Positions 53,347-64,000 of a DNA stretch of 64,000 nucleotides are shown here, in pieces (position 1 is the first letter of the stretch; each line of letters opens with the position of its first letter). Where the stretch lies: positions 1,309,838-1,373,837 of the forward strand of contig NW_019091362.1 of assembly GCF_001949145.1 (NCBI RefSeq), written 5' to 3'. Under the pieces are notes generated by a model that worked only from the letters and a program-made list of their open reading frames with translations, searched no databases and had not been told where the DNA came from. Source of the stretch: Acanthaster planci (taxonomy: Eukaryota). The translations under genes were made by a program, and so were the position numbers.

Positions 53347-54446
53347 AAGGACCATGTGCCAATTATTTGGCTAAGGCAAACAGTAATGCAAACTCCACTG
53401 AAAGCCATTGCCTAGTAGCTACATCCATTACCCATAGAGGCAACGTGCTACTTGGGCCACGGCCCAGTCTTTTGGACACAGGCTAACATACTTTTCAAAT
53501 CATCATGCCCACATGCATGTACGTGTAAAAACATGTAACAGGACACTCAACAATTATTTCTTAAGAAAATAACATTTTCTATTGTGATGGAATGTGTAAT
53601 AAAAAAATGCTGCTTACAAGTAGTTCCGTATTTCACCTGATTTTTGTTCTTAAAAAGAGAAGAAAATATAACGATTACAAATTGTCATAGGAACCTTACT
53701 CCTTTAAAAATCTTCAATGTTTCGTTTCGATTAATACAAATATCATTTGTTTATTATAAAAACACCAAAAACCCTAACTTTATTCCATTACCAGACTGGC
53801 CTCTGCCATTTGTTGTGTTTTGCAGTAATTGCTCTTTTCACAATGCTTCACTAAAAACCACCAAAAAGTCCTAAAACTAGTTTTATAAAAAGTGTTAAAA
53901 CTTCTTCAGGTCATTTCAACAGAGGGACAACCAGAAACACATAAGACTTCCTGAAACAATACTTTAACCCTGGTTAAATTTTAGACTACCAGTTGCAACT
54001 GGTTAAAAACAATGACAAACCACAAAGATCTAAGCAACACCTAAACTGGACATTTCCCATTCACAAAAGCAAAAGTGAGACCAGTTACGTGTTTGTTCAA
54101 TCTTTCTCTTGGAATTTCTAATGCTTGTATGCAGATGCCTAAAACTGAACACGGATAACAAGAGTGTTTGCGCATACATGCTTCATCAGTCTGTGCACCG
54201 TAAAAGTGGACATCACTTCTGTTGTGACATTCCAATCGTGGTATTGTTCAGATTAACAAAAAAATAAATAAATAAATAAACAAAAACAAAAACAAAAAAC
54301 CTTCTGAAACACAGATCGCCAGTCTGGGCAGTGTGACCAAATTGCTTATGATTATACTCGGGATAAAAACCTGTAATAGATGTCTAAGTTCAACCCTGTA
54401 ACCCCAGTTCACTTCCTGCTAACTTGTTCCGCTAACCAGGGTCAGT

Positions 54447-54535
54447 CTACGGCGATGACATGAGTGTGTGGACAAACAGCGTAGCCGGATCCAGATCATC
54501 TCCCTCCTGGGAGAACAGAGGGACATGGTGATAAC
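54447..54535 (-). CDS. PLCD: PLC terminal coding exon: [29 protein letters not shown]
   Basis: tctag| acceptor, 89 nt to TAG; matches GYRHV.L...ATLFV. Confidence 0.92.
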
Positions 54536-57500
54536 CTAGACGACCCAAAAAGAAATAGAAAACCAAAAGAGAGAAAGAAACGGATATATTGAACTGCTCA
54601 ACCATTACATCAAAAAAACATAGCCAAGAGAAAGTTATACATCTTGGAATATATACACTGGCACCCTATGAAAATGCACCAATCAATTATTCTAAAATCA
54701 GCCCTATAACAAGTACCAACTCTTCCGTTGCTCACACTGAGTTGTTTTGTGGGGGGGGACACTTAGACTGTCCTTATTTTCACACATTAGTGATAAGTGT
54801 CGGCTGATGTTGGCAAGGCCATGTTACTGCAGTACCACTGGGCAAGTCCAAAAGACCAGAATGTGGCAGTCAGTGTACCTCTGGTGTAGTTATTGGTTTC
54901 AGCAACAGCAAACTACACCAAATAAAGAGAGTTCATAAAAAGGAAACAAACACAGAAGAGAGAATGGAAATTGGAACAAGTAACTGCTATGCACATTTGC
55001 AAATCAATAACGGTATCAAGAGAGGGTTGTAGGTGTGTTCTCACCTAGTTGGATGCTAGCGATTGGAATGGTGTACTGGGCAATGAAATCATCCTTCAGT
55101 CGGTCCTGATCATAGACAACAAATCGCAGCATGGCGAGTTCAGGCGACTTGATTTCAAACTCCATGGTGTGGTTCCACTCCGGGTTGAAGCCTGGCGAAG
55201 AAAAAGTGAGCATCCTAAAATCTGATCACAGTTTACTGGATATAAAGTTGACCCAACAGAAATCACTAAACACAGAAACATACCTTTATCAAAAAAAAAA
55301 AAAAAGGTTACCGGCCAAAATGCTCGGTAAGTTGTATTGCGATTAACTGGTTCACTGCTAAATAATATTTACATTTCTGGGTGGAAGCCATTTCCAATAG
55401 AGTCATGTATATCAAGCCGCAGCCAAGATATTTGAACATGGCCTTTGTTTTGCAACTCTATCAACTTTAGACAAGTACAATTATAATCATTTCACCGAGG
55501 GGCCTCAGCAAACTTTTGCTTTTAATGAAGTGACCTCCACACTTGTTTCTTTACCCTTATAGTTATCTCGTCACTGAACGGAACTGAACAGAATCGTGTT
55601 GCATAGTATTGAACTGATTGGAACTGAATTAACTTTAAAAAGTAAATAATATGACTCTAATATTATAGTTCGGTTACTCGAGTCTTTGGGTAACTTTCAA
55701 TTCAGGTTTCTGAAAACTTTGAAAACTCTTCAAAGTTTGGGATAGACAGTAGCTGCATGATAGCAAAGTGCTCAGAGTTTAAGATAGGACACCCGTGTTA
55801 TCATGCTTTCTCTGTTTATCAAAAAGCTTCTGATCTGAGGCTCCTTTGATAAGCAGTGGATGTCCTTTCTGAGACTAACCGTTGTCTTCCACCGTGTTAG
55901 TCTTGGCCTCGTACTCAGCATTCACATCCAGGACGGTGACCTTGACGTAGGGGTCAATGACCTCACGGGATGGTTTTGGCAGCTGCTGACCACTGATGAT
56001 CTGAAAGCAAATTGCAACACAACACAACTTTCTCTGACATACTCCTTCAACATGGTATGTGGCTCTCGTTTAATCTGGAAAAGTGCCAATCAGAATGTTC
56101 AAGTGGGATTTTCCGAGTAGAGCTAAAACACAAGGCCACAAGGGTCGATGTAATTCCAGGGGTGATTAGATTCAAAGAAATAAATAAGTTGTAAGTTGAC
56201 CAACATTTGAATTGCAAAATAAGGTAGCAACACTGTTACAAGTACAAAGCATGTCAAATAACTTGTTAGTTATATCGACTCCATTCGCACTGTCATATGA
56301 TGAATCATCATAAATGGCTCAAAACTCACCACTGTGCGGGAAACATGGCACATTCTATGTACAGGTACTTCAACCTTCCTACAGAAAAGGGATAAAGTCC
56401 CCTGTACAGTAACAGCGGCAGGGCTCTACCTTCCTCAATCCTACAAAATCCCCCCCAAACTCTCCTGGTGAATTTCGAAGAGGCTTTGTTTCTCACCCTC
56501 AGTGTCAGTTTCTGGGTGTACTGGTCACCTGGGCTGTCTGGGTTGAACTGCATGTTAGCTGCAAACAGAATTAACAATCCATGACGAGTGAGATGTACAA
56601 ACAGCAGAATTGTAACACTCACAGTGAAATACCAAACACTCTCACCCTTGCTTGTACGTGCACATGGGAAACCATTCCCACTACTCCTGATGATTCATCA
56701 AGGTATATTTGCCTTTATCTCTGTTTGTAGTTGCGGAATTTCTTGCATTTTCTTTCTTCCTGTTCTCAGATATGTGCTTGGGGATCCTAACAAAGCGAAA
56801 CCCTCTCATTTCAATAGGATTTGACACACATTCTTGGGAATTAGGGTTAAACTAAAAAAAATTGATCATACACAGGCACTGATTCTACGCACCGTCATTA
56901 GTGTTGTATTCAAATCCATAAGTCCATCATAAGTCATTTAGTCTTAAGTCAATTCACAAGCTATTCAAATGAGCTGTGACAAAAGTATTTTTTGTCATTG
57001 TTCAATGTTGTTTATGACTGGCCTTGTGAAAGGGACTTGTGAAGGGACTTGTGGCTGGACTTGTGAAGGGACTTGTGACTGGACTTGTGAAGGGACTTGT
57101 GACTGGACTTGTGAAGGGACTTGTGGCTGGACTTGTGACTGGACTTGTGAAGGGACTTGTGNNNNNNNNNNNNNNNNNNNNNNNNNNNNNNNNNNNNNNN
57201 NNNNNNNNNNNNNNNNNNNNNNNNNNNNNNNNNNNNNNNNNNNNNNNNNNNNNNNNNNNNNNNNNNNNNNNNNNNNNNNNNNNNNNNNNNNNNNNNNNNN
57301 NNNNNNNNNNACTGGACTTGTGAAGGGACTTGTGACTGGACCTGTGAAGGGACTTGTAACTGGACTTGTGAAGGGACTTGTGACTGGACTTGTGATGGGA
57401 CTTGTGACTGGACTTGTGAAGGGACTTGTGACTGGACTTGTGAAAGGACTTGTGACTGGACTTGTGAAGGGACTTGTGACTGGACTTGAATACTACAACA

Positions 57501-60500
57501 GACCATCACAACCGATTACAGCAAACAATTTGAACTGAAGATAGTCTTAAGTCTAATAAAACACACACATTCTGAGTGTAGATAAATAATAAAACACAGG
57601 CAGAATTATAATGGTAGAATCTTCTAAAATTAATAAACATCCAGCTACAAATGTGAAGTGTAGCAGAGATTGAACTTTTTTACCTTTGCGAAGAAAGACC
57701 GGTTTCAGAATGAAGCCACAGTTGCCGTTCTGTTGGAACTTTCCTAAGTTCAGGTCCATCTCGTCTCCTGCTGTCTGGAAGTTGAGGGCAACTGTAAAGA
57801 GACAAATTGTTTCGTGCAGAAAGTTCAAGAGGTAATTTTGGCTTTTGAATCAAATGCAAAACCTGGCAGGTTCTCCAGAGATTGTGGTCAATATGCCGTG
57901 ATGCTTTCTGTTCTAAACAATTCCTTGGTAATGCGGGGACGGTGGATCAAATACCAGGCTTCCTCTCTACATCTATTTTCAAGCTCCACTTTTTATGATT
58001 TTATCCCCCCCCCGAGATGAGATCCCATTAGGGTTCCATTTTCTGTCCAAAAAAATCAAACTGTTCAAAATGACCCGAGAATTTGGGGAGTTTAGATTTT
58101 GTTCCGAGGGTGAGTTGCTGAAACTGGCTGAGAATTTGGAAAAGGTCCCACAGTTTTCAGCCTTCCAGTCAAAATGCTGCAGTCAAAAGAGACATTTTCA
58201 TCTCAACAAGCACCTGCCGTGAGCACCTGCAACAATGGAATTAACAAGACAGCATTAATGCCATAGGATTTGTTCAACCTCGAAATTGACATGTCTTCTA
58301 CTGTCTTGTCTGAAAATAAATTGTTGGGTTGAAGTCAAGTGGCAAAACTGTGTTCAAGGGTTCTTGGCTAACTGCTGAGACCTAAAGGCCTAAAAAAACA
58401 CACCTTAAAATTATGCTGCTCTGTGCTACTTTTGCACGATTTATGACTGGTCTAAATTGCTATCTGAATTCCAGCTTCTCTCAAAAGAGGTCGCTGAAGA
58501 GGGAGGCATGACAAATGCCAGTGTTCCTTGGTGAGCACGTACCTATCTGTGAGCCCACTGTCCACATCTTCATGGGGTTGTAATTGGAGGAATTTGTCCG
58601 CCGGCCGGCAGGGTAAATCCTGGTCAGGAAGCGAGTGTTATGCTCGACCATCTCCTGCCCACTGTTCTTTGCGAGGTCAAAGGCCTTGCTCTCCCCAAGG
58701 GAAACCATCTCATTGCACTTGTCTAAACCAAGGGAAAATGATAGTAACACCTTTAAGTTTTACACAGAGAAATAACTCAAGGCTGCATTGGACCACTGTT
58801 GTACTGACCCAATCCTACTAAAGCCAAATTTCCTGTTCAACCAAACCTAAGTCACAGTGAACAGTTTTCCTTTGTGTTCAATTGAAGAGAGAGATGACAC
58901 TGGCTACACAAAATTCTGGTCACACATTTGTCAACCAGGGGTGTGAGTGGAATATAAAAAATCAGCTGAAAATACCAGAAATCGCGAGCACGAATCATGA
59001 AGCATATACGGCGTGGGGTCAAAATTTTGAAATTGGGACAATTTTGAAATACAGATGCTCTGTGGTGGATTTTACAGCTTCCTGGAGCAACCGTTGATCA
59101 TTTTTTTCTTGCAATTTATGCTATGCGTAATTTAAATTTTACTTTTTCTTCATATTTGTCTGAAATTCCTGAAGAGGTTCAAATGAATGGGAAGAGTTAC
59201 TTAGGCCTGTAAGGGCAACACTAATTCTCCCTAGAAATATTACAAAAGCCATAAAAAATGGAAAACTGAGACAATTCTGAAGCATTTGCTGAGAAAGCAA
59301 GTGTTTTTTTTCAGAAAAATCTCATAATGTAGGTTTGTGCAGAGAGGCATGAAGTGTTGTCTAATATATGGAACTCTTTTCAAATGAATTGGTAATAGGC
59401 ATACCCACAATGACAAATATCGCAGTTTGTAGAGTGAGTTGACTCTTTTCCCACCTGATCTGAGCATGTTTTCAAATCACATCACAGTCATCAGAGAAAT
59501 AGTATTCAGGATTCAGTCGCTCAAGTCCCAAATCACATCCCGTGTTAGCACCTTTCCAGAACCACATCCACTATCTGGCCATGTTATAACCAATATCACA
59601 TCATTATCCTGGATGTGATTTCAGACTTGGCTGTGATTTTTAGATGACGCCTACCAAAATCACTCCAATATCATGTCCACCCAAATCATCTTTGCATTTC
59701 TGAAGGGAAATCACATCCAGGTCATTCATGGTGTTATTAAATGGGTAATTTGACTTAACATGAGATATCTGACAGCCTTCAATATGGAAATCTGTATCAG
59801 TGAATATGTTCATTCACTTTCCTGTCACTGCTGAAATCTTGCGGTTTTCAAATTTTCTTGATTTTGCCAGTATTTAATCTGCAACATCTTGAAAACTTCT
59901 GGATCAGGTTCAAAATACTTACGGTTTTCCTTTGAATGCGGAAAACTTTTGAAATGGACACTTTTGCAGACATTGACCAAGTTGGAGATCTCCCTGGCAA
60001 GTTTCAGCTTAGCCTGTGGGAAAAACCCTCAACAGTAAGTCTTTTTTAAGGTTACAAGTGAAGAATTTTGTTGAGCATGACTTCATGCTGGATTGATACA
60101 AATACATGTACCTGCATGACTAGAACTGTAAGTTATTCTTAAAGAATCAATTCTGGGGAAAATTGACAAGACATACGATGGATCGTCCACTAAGCAAGAT
60201 CAACACCCAAATAACACACACAAAAACAAACAAACAAACACCCCAACAAACCAACAAACAAACACACAAACAACCCAACAAACAAACACACAAACAAACA
60301 TAAATTCATTCCTGAATTAGAAAAACGCTTTGTGAGGGGGCAAACTGTTAATAGTTGGCTGATGACTTACCGCATGCTTGACTATAACACAACACCACAC
60401 AATGATCATCTAAATATTACCTGAGTTGTCAAAGGAACGACAACACAGGAGGTGTCAGGTCAGTGGTTCGAATCCCACCCAGAATGACATGGTGGATCGG

Positions 60501-63500
60501 GGGACCAGTCTCTGCCTGATTCCATGGGTTTCCCCGATATATTTATCTGGGGTTTTCTTCCCAACTCCCAAATTGCACACTTCTTCCTCTTCTGATTTCT
60601 TCCAAGCCTGCCAGCTGCATTGCCATGAATGCTATTGAAGATTCCTTGGCTTTCATTACCAAACATTAATCAAAATAATAAAGTTGGCCAGCTGCATGGT
60701 GGTTATATCAACTTTGGGATCATTCATCACATGAGCATTACCACTCACATTCAAATACAGCATTACAATAATGAGACACAGAATCAGTAAACACTATAAT
60801 AAGCCCCATGAAAACACTCCACATGTATCTACATACCACCTACTAACTACGAACCTATTACCTGTTTAAAGAACTAAAGGCTTTTTCAACTTTCTACTTG
60901 GAAGCAACTTGATGTTATAAACTTTCAGTTCGGTATTTCTCAGCATTTTTCATTGGCAGACCAATCTCCTAGATGTTGTGTCATTGTGGAACAAAATGCG
61001 TAAAGATGCTTGCAACATGCAGCTATATGCATGAGTGTGAGTCAAGATTATTTCTACTCTAGAAATGCCCACTACAGAAGACATCTACATGTACATTACT
61101 GCTTTTTTTTCTACTGTAAATCTTTGCACCCCTAAAAACGACATCTGAAAAATGTCACAAACCAAAACTTGTTTCTGGATCTGTCATGACCATTTTCATT
61201 TTCCATTCAGACGCAAATCTGACATTTGATAAACACAGCACTGACCAATCAGAAATGAGCAAAAAAATTTAACTTTCTAATAATAATGCAGGATTGGAGG
61301 AAAACCTTTTGCTTTTAAAGGCACAATATCTTCATGAAGCCAAAAAAAAAAGAAGCAACCCCCAACAAAAACGTGTTGCAAAGAAAAGTTACACAAAGAG
61401 AAGAAGCCTAAAAAAAAGCAGCCTCACAAACAGAGTAACGTACTGTTTTATAGTGCTGATTATGAGCACATTATTCAGTGCCGATGGATCTAATCTAAAT
61501 TTCACAATGAACAAGAGAGCTCAAGCAATAATTGTGAAGAGTGTGTATGAAGATTACAGTTGCTATCATCAACCTTCCAAGAAAATTTCTTGCAAGCACA
61601 ATAACTTGCTTACTGGAGCAGCGAACAACCCTTCCAAATGATGAACACAACATTTCTGCTTTTAACATCCAACACAAATTTTTTGCTGTTCATCAAGATG
61701 AGTCACAAGAAATGAACACCATACAAGGGTGTGACTACCTACACTCAAAAGGTGTACCTTAGAGAGCGACAGGTACCGCATGCTACAACGGCAAGACACT
61801 AGAGGCAAAACGTGGACAAGACTTTACCTCGATGCGGGAGACAGAGGGATCCTTGGTGGAAATCATATCCACCAAAGAAGCTAATGCTAAATGGTTCTCA
61901 TGGGGCTTTGGCATTACAAGAAGGAAATAAGACATTAAAAATTAATGCATGCATTAAGCTAAATTGAGCTAAAAGGAAAAGCAAAAAGGAATCTGAAGCA
62001 AAATCACAAACATTAGTGATTTATAATCAGACTAAAGAAGTTTGTTAGTAGTTACACATGATTTGAACTGATAAGCAAACACGTAAATGTAAAAAAATCC
62101 TCTGGAGTTCATATGTATTGACATTTGAAACTGATCTTACCAAAAACTAAAAAAAAAATTCTTTTTCGGCTAAAAACATATAAATACTGGCCTTGTGTGA
62201 ACCTTTCTTTTTCTGCAAATTGTCAGAAACAGCAAAAGTGAAGAAACATTATGTAGTTGATATTTTAACCTTGTCAGTGACTTAAACAAATGGTTTTGAG
62301 CCAAAACTTCAGAATGTGTGATGAGAATTACACTATTGAAGTTGTCTAAGCTAGCCAATTAATTTTACAATAAAAAGGAAAATAAAAACAACGGTTTCAT
62401 GACATCAACTGTGCCTCTTCCTATACTATTCATTACTCTCTTGTATTAAACATTAAAAAGTAAAAAAAAAATCTTTTGATTGAATGTACATAAAACACAG
62501 AATTTGGTCAAACGCCAAATCGGTAACGGTAAGACAGCTGCACGCAATTTCACGAAACTTTACCCAATAATGTAATTTCATTTAAATTGGTGCATACATG
62601 TAGCTATGGAACTTTTCATTAGGTCAGTCAAAACTCTACTGCACAGGTACACCGCATATTTGTCGCACAAAGCTTACGCTAGGCTCAAGGGTTACGCCAA
62701 GTTTCCTTAAACCAACTACTGCTTCCCTAAAATCTGATTGTGAAATATTATCCCCATGTTAATGGTGTGAAAATTAATAGGATTAATTAACAAGTTAGTG
62801 AAAGTTCACAAACCTGTCCCTCTTTCTTCGAACTCTGTCAGAAGAAGTATGGGATGTGCAGACAGATGACACCAGCAGGGTGATGTGACATTAGAGTTAG
62901 GAAAAAAAAGTGTTTGTCAGCAGTCACAATTCAAATAATCTTTAGTATTGATTAGAAAAATAGAAATTATTAATATAAAACGTTCATTGATGTGAAAGTA
63001 TTATGTAAAACAAAATAGTCACAATGATGACAAACACCCGATGGCGTAAAACTTCATTGATTTTTGGGAAAACTTTGTAGAAAAACGTGTAGCAAGGTTC
63101 TTGAAGGACTGCATACATGTGTAGGAATTAGCCCAAAATAGTACCAATATTTGGTTAACCTTTAATTTTGAATTGTCCATGAGAAATGAGATGAACGCAC
63201 CTAAATTCATTCCTTAATCAGTTTAAGAAATGGCATATGTTGATGAGTAAAAAAGCATAAGCGACCGATTGCATGTGACCTGTAGTAGGTATCAACCACC
63301 AACAAACATGGCATCCTCCCATAGCTAAGTGTGTTTTAAGTTTGGTTACCAATACCTAAAACACACTTTGTTTTATGAGCTGAGTACTGTACCAAAAATA
63401 AAGCCATTTTTCAGTAAAGTACTCAGCACATCAGTAGTCTTAGTACTGTACCCATCGTCGGCTTTATTTCTGGTTAACGATACTTATGACTCACTTTGCT

Positions 63501-63877
63501 AAGGGGGGACTTGAATGCAGCCGTTTAGATACATGTAGATGAGGGACAGAGCAGTGACATAAGGACAGATCTTTGCAATGCAACAGATGCAAAAGATGGC
63601 TCAGCTACCCCATTAACCTTTTCTAGTTCACATAAAGCCCGCTCGTCCAATGAACCAATAAGAAATGTCTCCATATCCCTTCCCCCTAGCTACTAAATAA
63701 CCCATTATGTCACTACGGTCATCCCTGAACCCACACTCAGCTAACCTTCTTCTCCTTCTTGGCCACTTCGGCTTGGAAGTCGGGGTCGTTGGATTCCAGC
63801 TCGGCAGCTTCGTCCTCGTCACTCACGTCTCCGTCATCTTCCTGGGAAGACTCCACAGGAGGGGGCAGCTTTTTGTT
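54447..63877 (-). CDS. PLCD: Phosphoinositide phospholipase C, delta-type; 5'-partial multi-exon gene (XY linker, Y domain, C2)
   Basis: Eight phase-consistent exons give NKKL...VSDEDEAAE (PLC-delta-like linker), [41 protein letters not shown]...[19 protein letters not shown]...DPYV, NGFNPEW...LRFVVYDQD...DDFIAQ and GYHHVPL. The protein stops right after C2, as in the delta/zeta classes. Confidence 0.93.
55045..55191 (-). CDS. PLCD: PLC exon (C2): [49 protein letters not shown]
   Basis: cgccag| acceptor, |gtgaga donor, 147 nt, phase 1->1. Confidence 0.95.
55880..56000 (-). CDS. PLCD: PLC exon (C2): [40 protein letters not shown]
   Basis: tttcag| acceptor, |gttagt donor, 121 nt, phase 0->1. 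Confidence 0.94.
56497..56558 (-). CDS. PLCD: PLC exon (Y-C2 junction): [20 protein letters not shown]
   Basis: ttgcag| acceptor, |gtgaga donor, 62 nt, phase 1->0. Confidence 0.88.
57019..57488. repeat. Minisatellite, 24-bp unit GGACTTGTGAAG-GGACTTGTGACT (12-bp subunits), spanning an assembly gap
   Basis: Direct tandem repeats visible on both sides of the N-run. Confidence 0.95.
57162..57310. other. Assembly gap (N-run) inside the minisatellite
   Basis: Run of N. Confidence 1.
57684..57791 (-). CDS. PLCD: PLC exon (Y): [36 protein letters not shown]
   Basis: ttacag| acceptor, |gtaaaa donor, 108 nt, phase 1->1. Confidence 0.95.
58543..58722 (-). CDS. PLCD: PLC exon (Y): [59 protein letters not shown]
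   Basis: tttag| acceptor, |gtacgt donor, 180 nt, phase 1->1. Confidence 0.95.
59923..60013 (-). CDS. PLCD: PLC exon (start of Y): [30 protein letters not shown]
   Basis: cccacag| acceptor, |gtaagt donor, 91 nt, phase 0->1. Confidence 0.93.
60212..60300. repeat. Imperfect (AAAC)n microsatellite
   Basis: acaaacaaacaaaca... run. Confidence 0.85.
60420..60600 (+). mobile_element. Possible tRNA-derived SINE remnant
   Basis: Pol III B-box GGTTCGAATCC near 60465; no complete cloverleaf; a similar degenerate head occurs near 28930-29160. Confidence 0.4.
61828..61905 (-). CDS. Candidate 78-nt PLC cassette exon: [26 protein letters not shown]
   Basis: tcttatttccttcttgtaatgccaaag| acceptor, GAG|gtaaag donor, open in phase 0->0. 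Confidence 0.45.
62814..62834 (-). CDS. Candidate 21-nt PLC microexon: SSKKEGQ
   Basis: cttcttctgacag| acceptor with upstream ctaac/ctaat branch-like motifs, CAG|gtttgt donor, phase 0->0. Confidence 0.5.
63261..63510. mobile_element. MITE family 'AGACCGATTG', copy 4 (3'-truncated)
   Basis: gaccgattgcatgtgacctgtag...ctcagcacatcagtagtc...tacttatgactcactttgct. Confidence 0.7.
63746..63877 (-). CDS. PLCD: PLC exon (end of X / acidic XY linker): [44 protein letters not shown]
   Basis: aaacag| acceptor, AAG|gttagc donor, 132 nt, phase 0->0. Confidence 0.9.
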
Positions 63878-64000
63878 CTGTTTAAAAACAAAAACAATTC
63901 TCAAATTTAACCTCCTCCCTCTCTCTCTCTAAAAAAATCCAATATTTTTCTAAGATAAATAGCACTTTTCTGAGGACATTTCTGATTGGCTCACATCCCA

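Larger units (their letters stand above)
56899..57500. mobile_element. 'CAGTGTTGTA' family MITE copy carrying an expanded minisatellite
   Basis: Ends tagtgttgtattcaaatcc / ggacttgaatactacaaca; same internal core as the other copies. Confidence 0.72.

Noticed and set aside
54442..54470. Possible 2-nt slip in a CA run at the PLC C-terminus (alternative frame would read [10 protein letters not shown])
   Set aside because: The present frame already ends at a normal position after ATLFVH; cannot be resolved without reads.
56969..57538. Repetitive ORFs (CEGTCDWT / GLVKGLVT / SQVQSQVP) resembling Cys-rich or metallothionein-like proteins
   Set aside because: Translations of a 24-bp minisatellite plus a gap inside a PLC intron; open in several frames, with no splice or homology support.
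60371..60381. 11-nt minus-strand unit with a strong gtaagt donor in the PLC XY-linker intron
   Set aside because: Not frame-preserving alone, poor pyrimidine tract, and no partner exon ending in phase 1 was found.
60420..60500. tRNA gene
   Set aside because: Only a B-box is evident; no acceptor stem or cloverleaf, so it is treated as SINE-like.

Overview
This is AT-rich, intron-rich animal genomic DNA, not prokaryotic; the repeat style suggests a marine invertebrate, possibly an echinoderm, but that is inference only. Most entries in the ORF track are spurious. I rebuilt two spliced genes by hand from GT-AG boundaries and phase continuity. (1) On the + strand, 18831-45279 is the 3' half (RCK1-linker-RCK2 gating ring, about 16 exons) of a divergent Slo1/BK (KCNMA1-family) Ca2+-activated K+ channel. 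It keeps the calcium bowl and a CxxCH heme motif, but has Arg at the Mg2+-ligand position equivalent to E399. The transmembrane exons were not found and probably lie upstream of the window. (2) On the - strand, 63877-54447 is the 3' half (XY linker, Y domain, C2; 8 exons) of a phospholipase C delta-type gene, convergent with the channel. The best second-look signals are: two frame-preserving 48-nt candidate exons that would insert into the RCK1 Ca2+-site loop; two degenerate tandem copies of the post-calcium-bowl segment in the following intron; a GC-donor 24-nt candidate microexon; two candidate cassette exons in the PLC autoinhibitory XY linker; a ~170-nt GC-rich palindrome; and several MITE families, including nested copies and one that gave rise to a minisatellite. 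There are two assembly gaps (16042-16538, 57162-57310). I found no evidence for a wholly new multi-gene system; the novelty candidates are at the level of splicing and channel variants.
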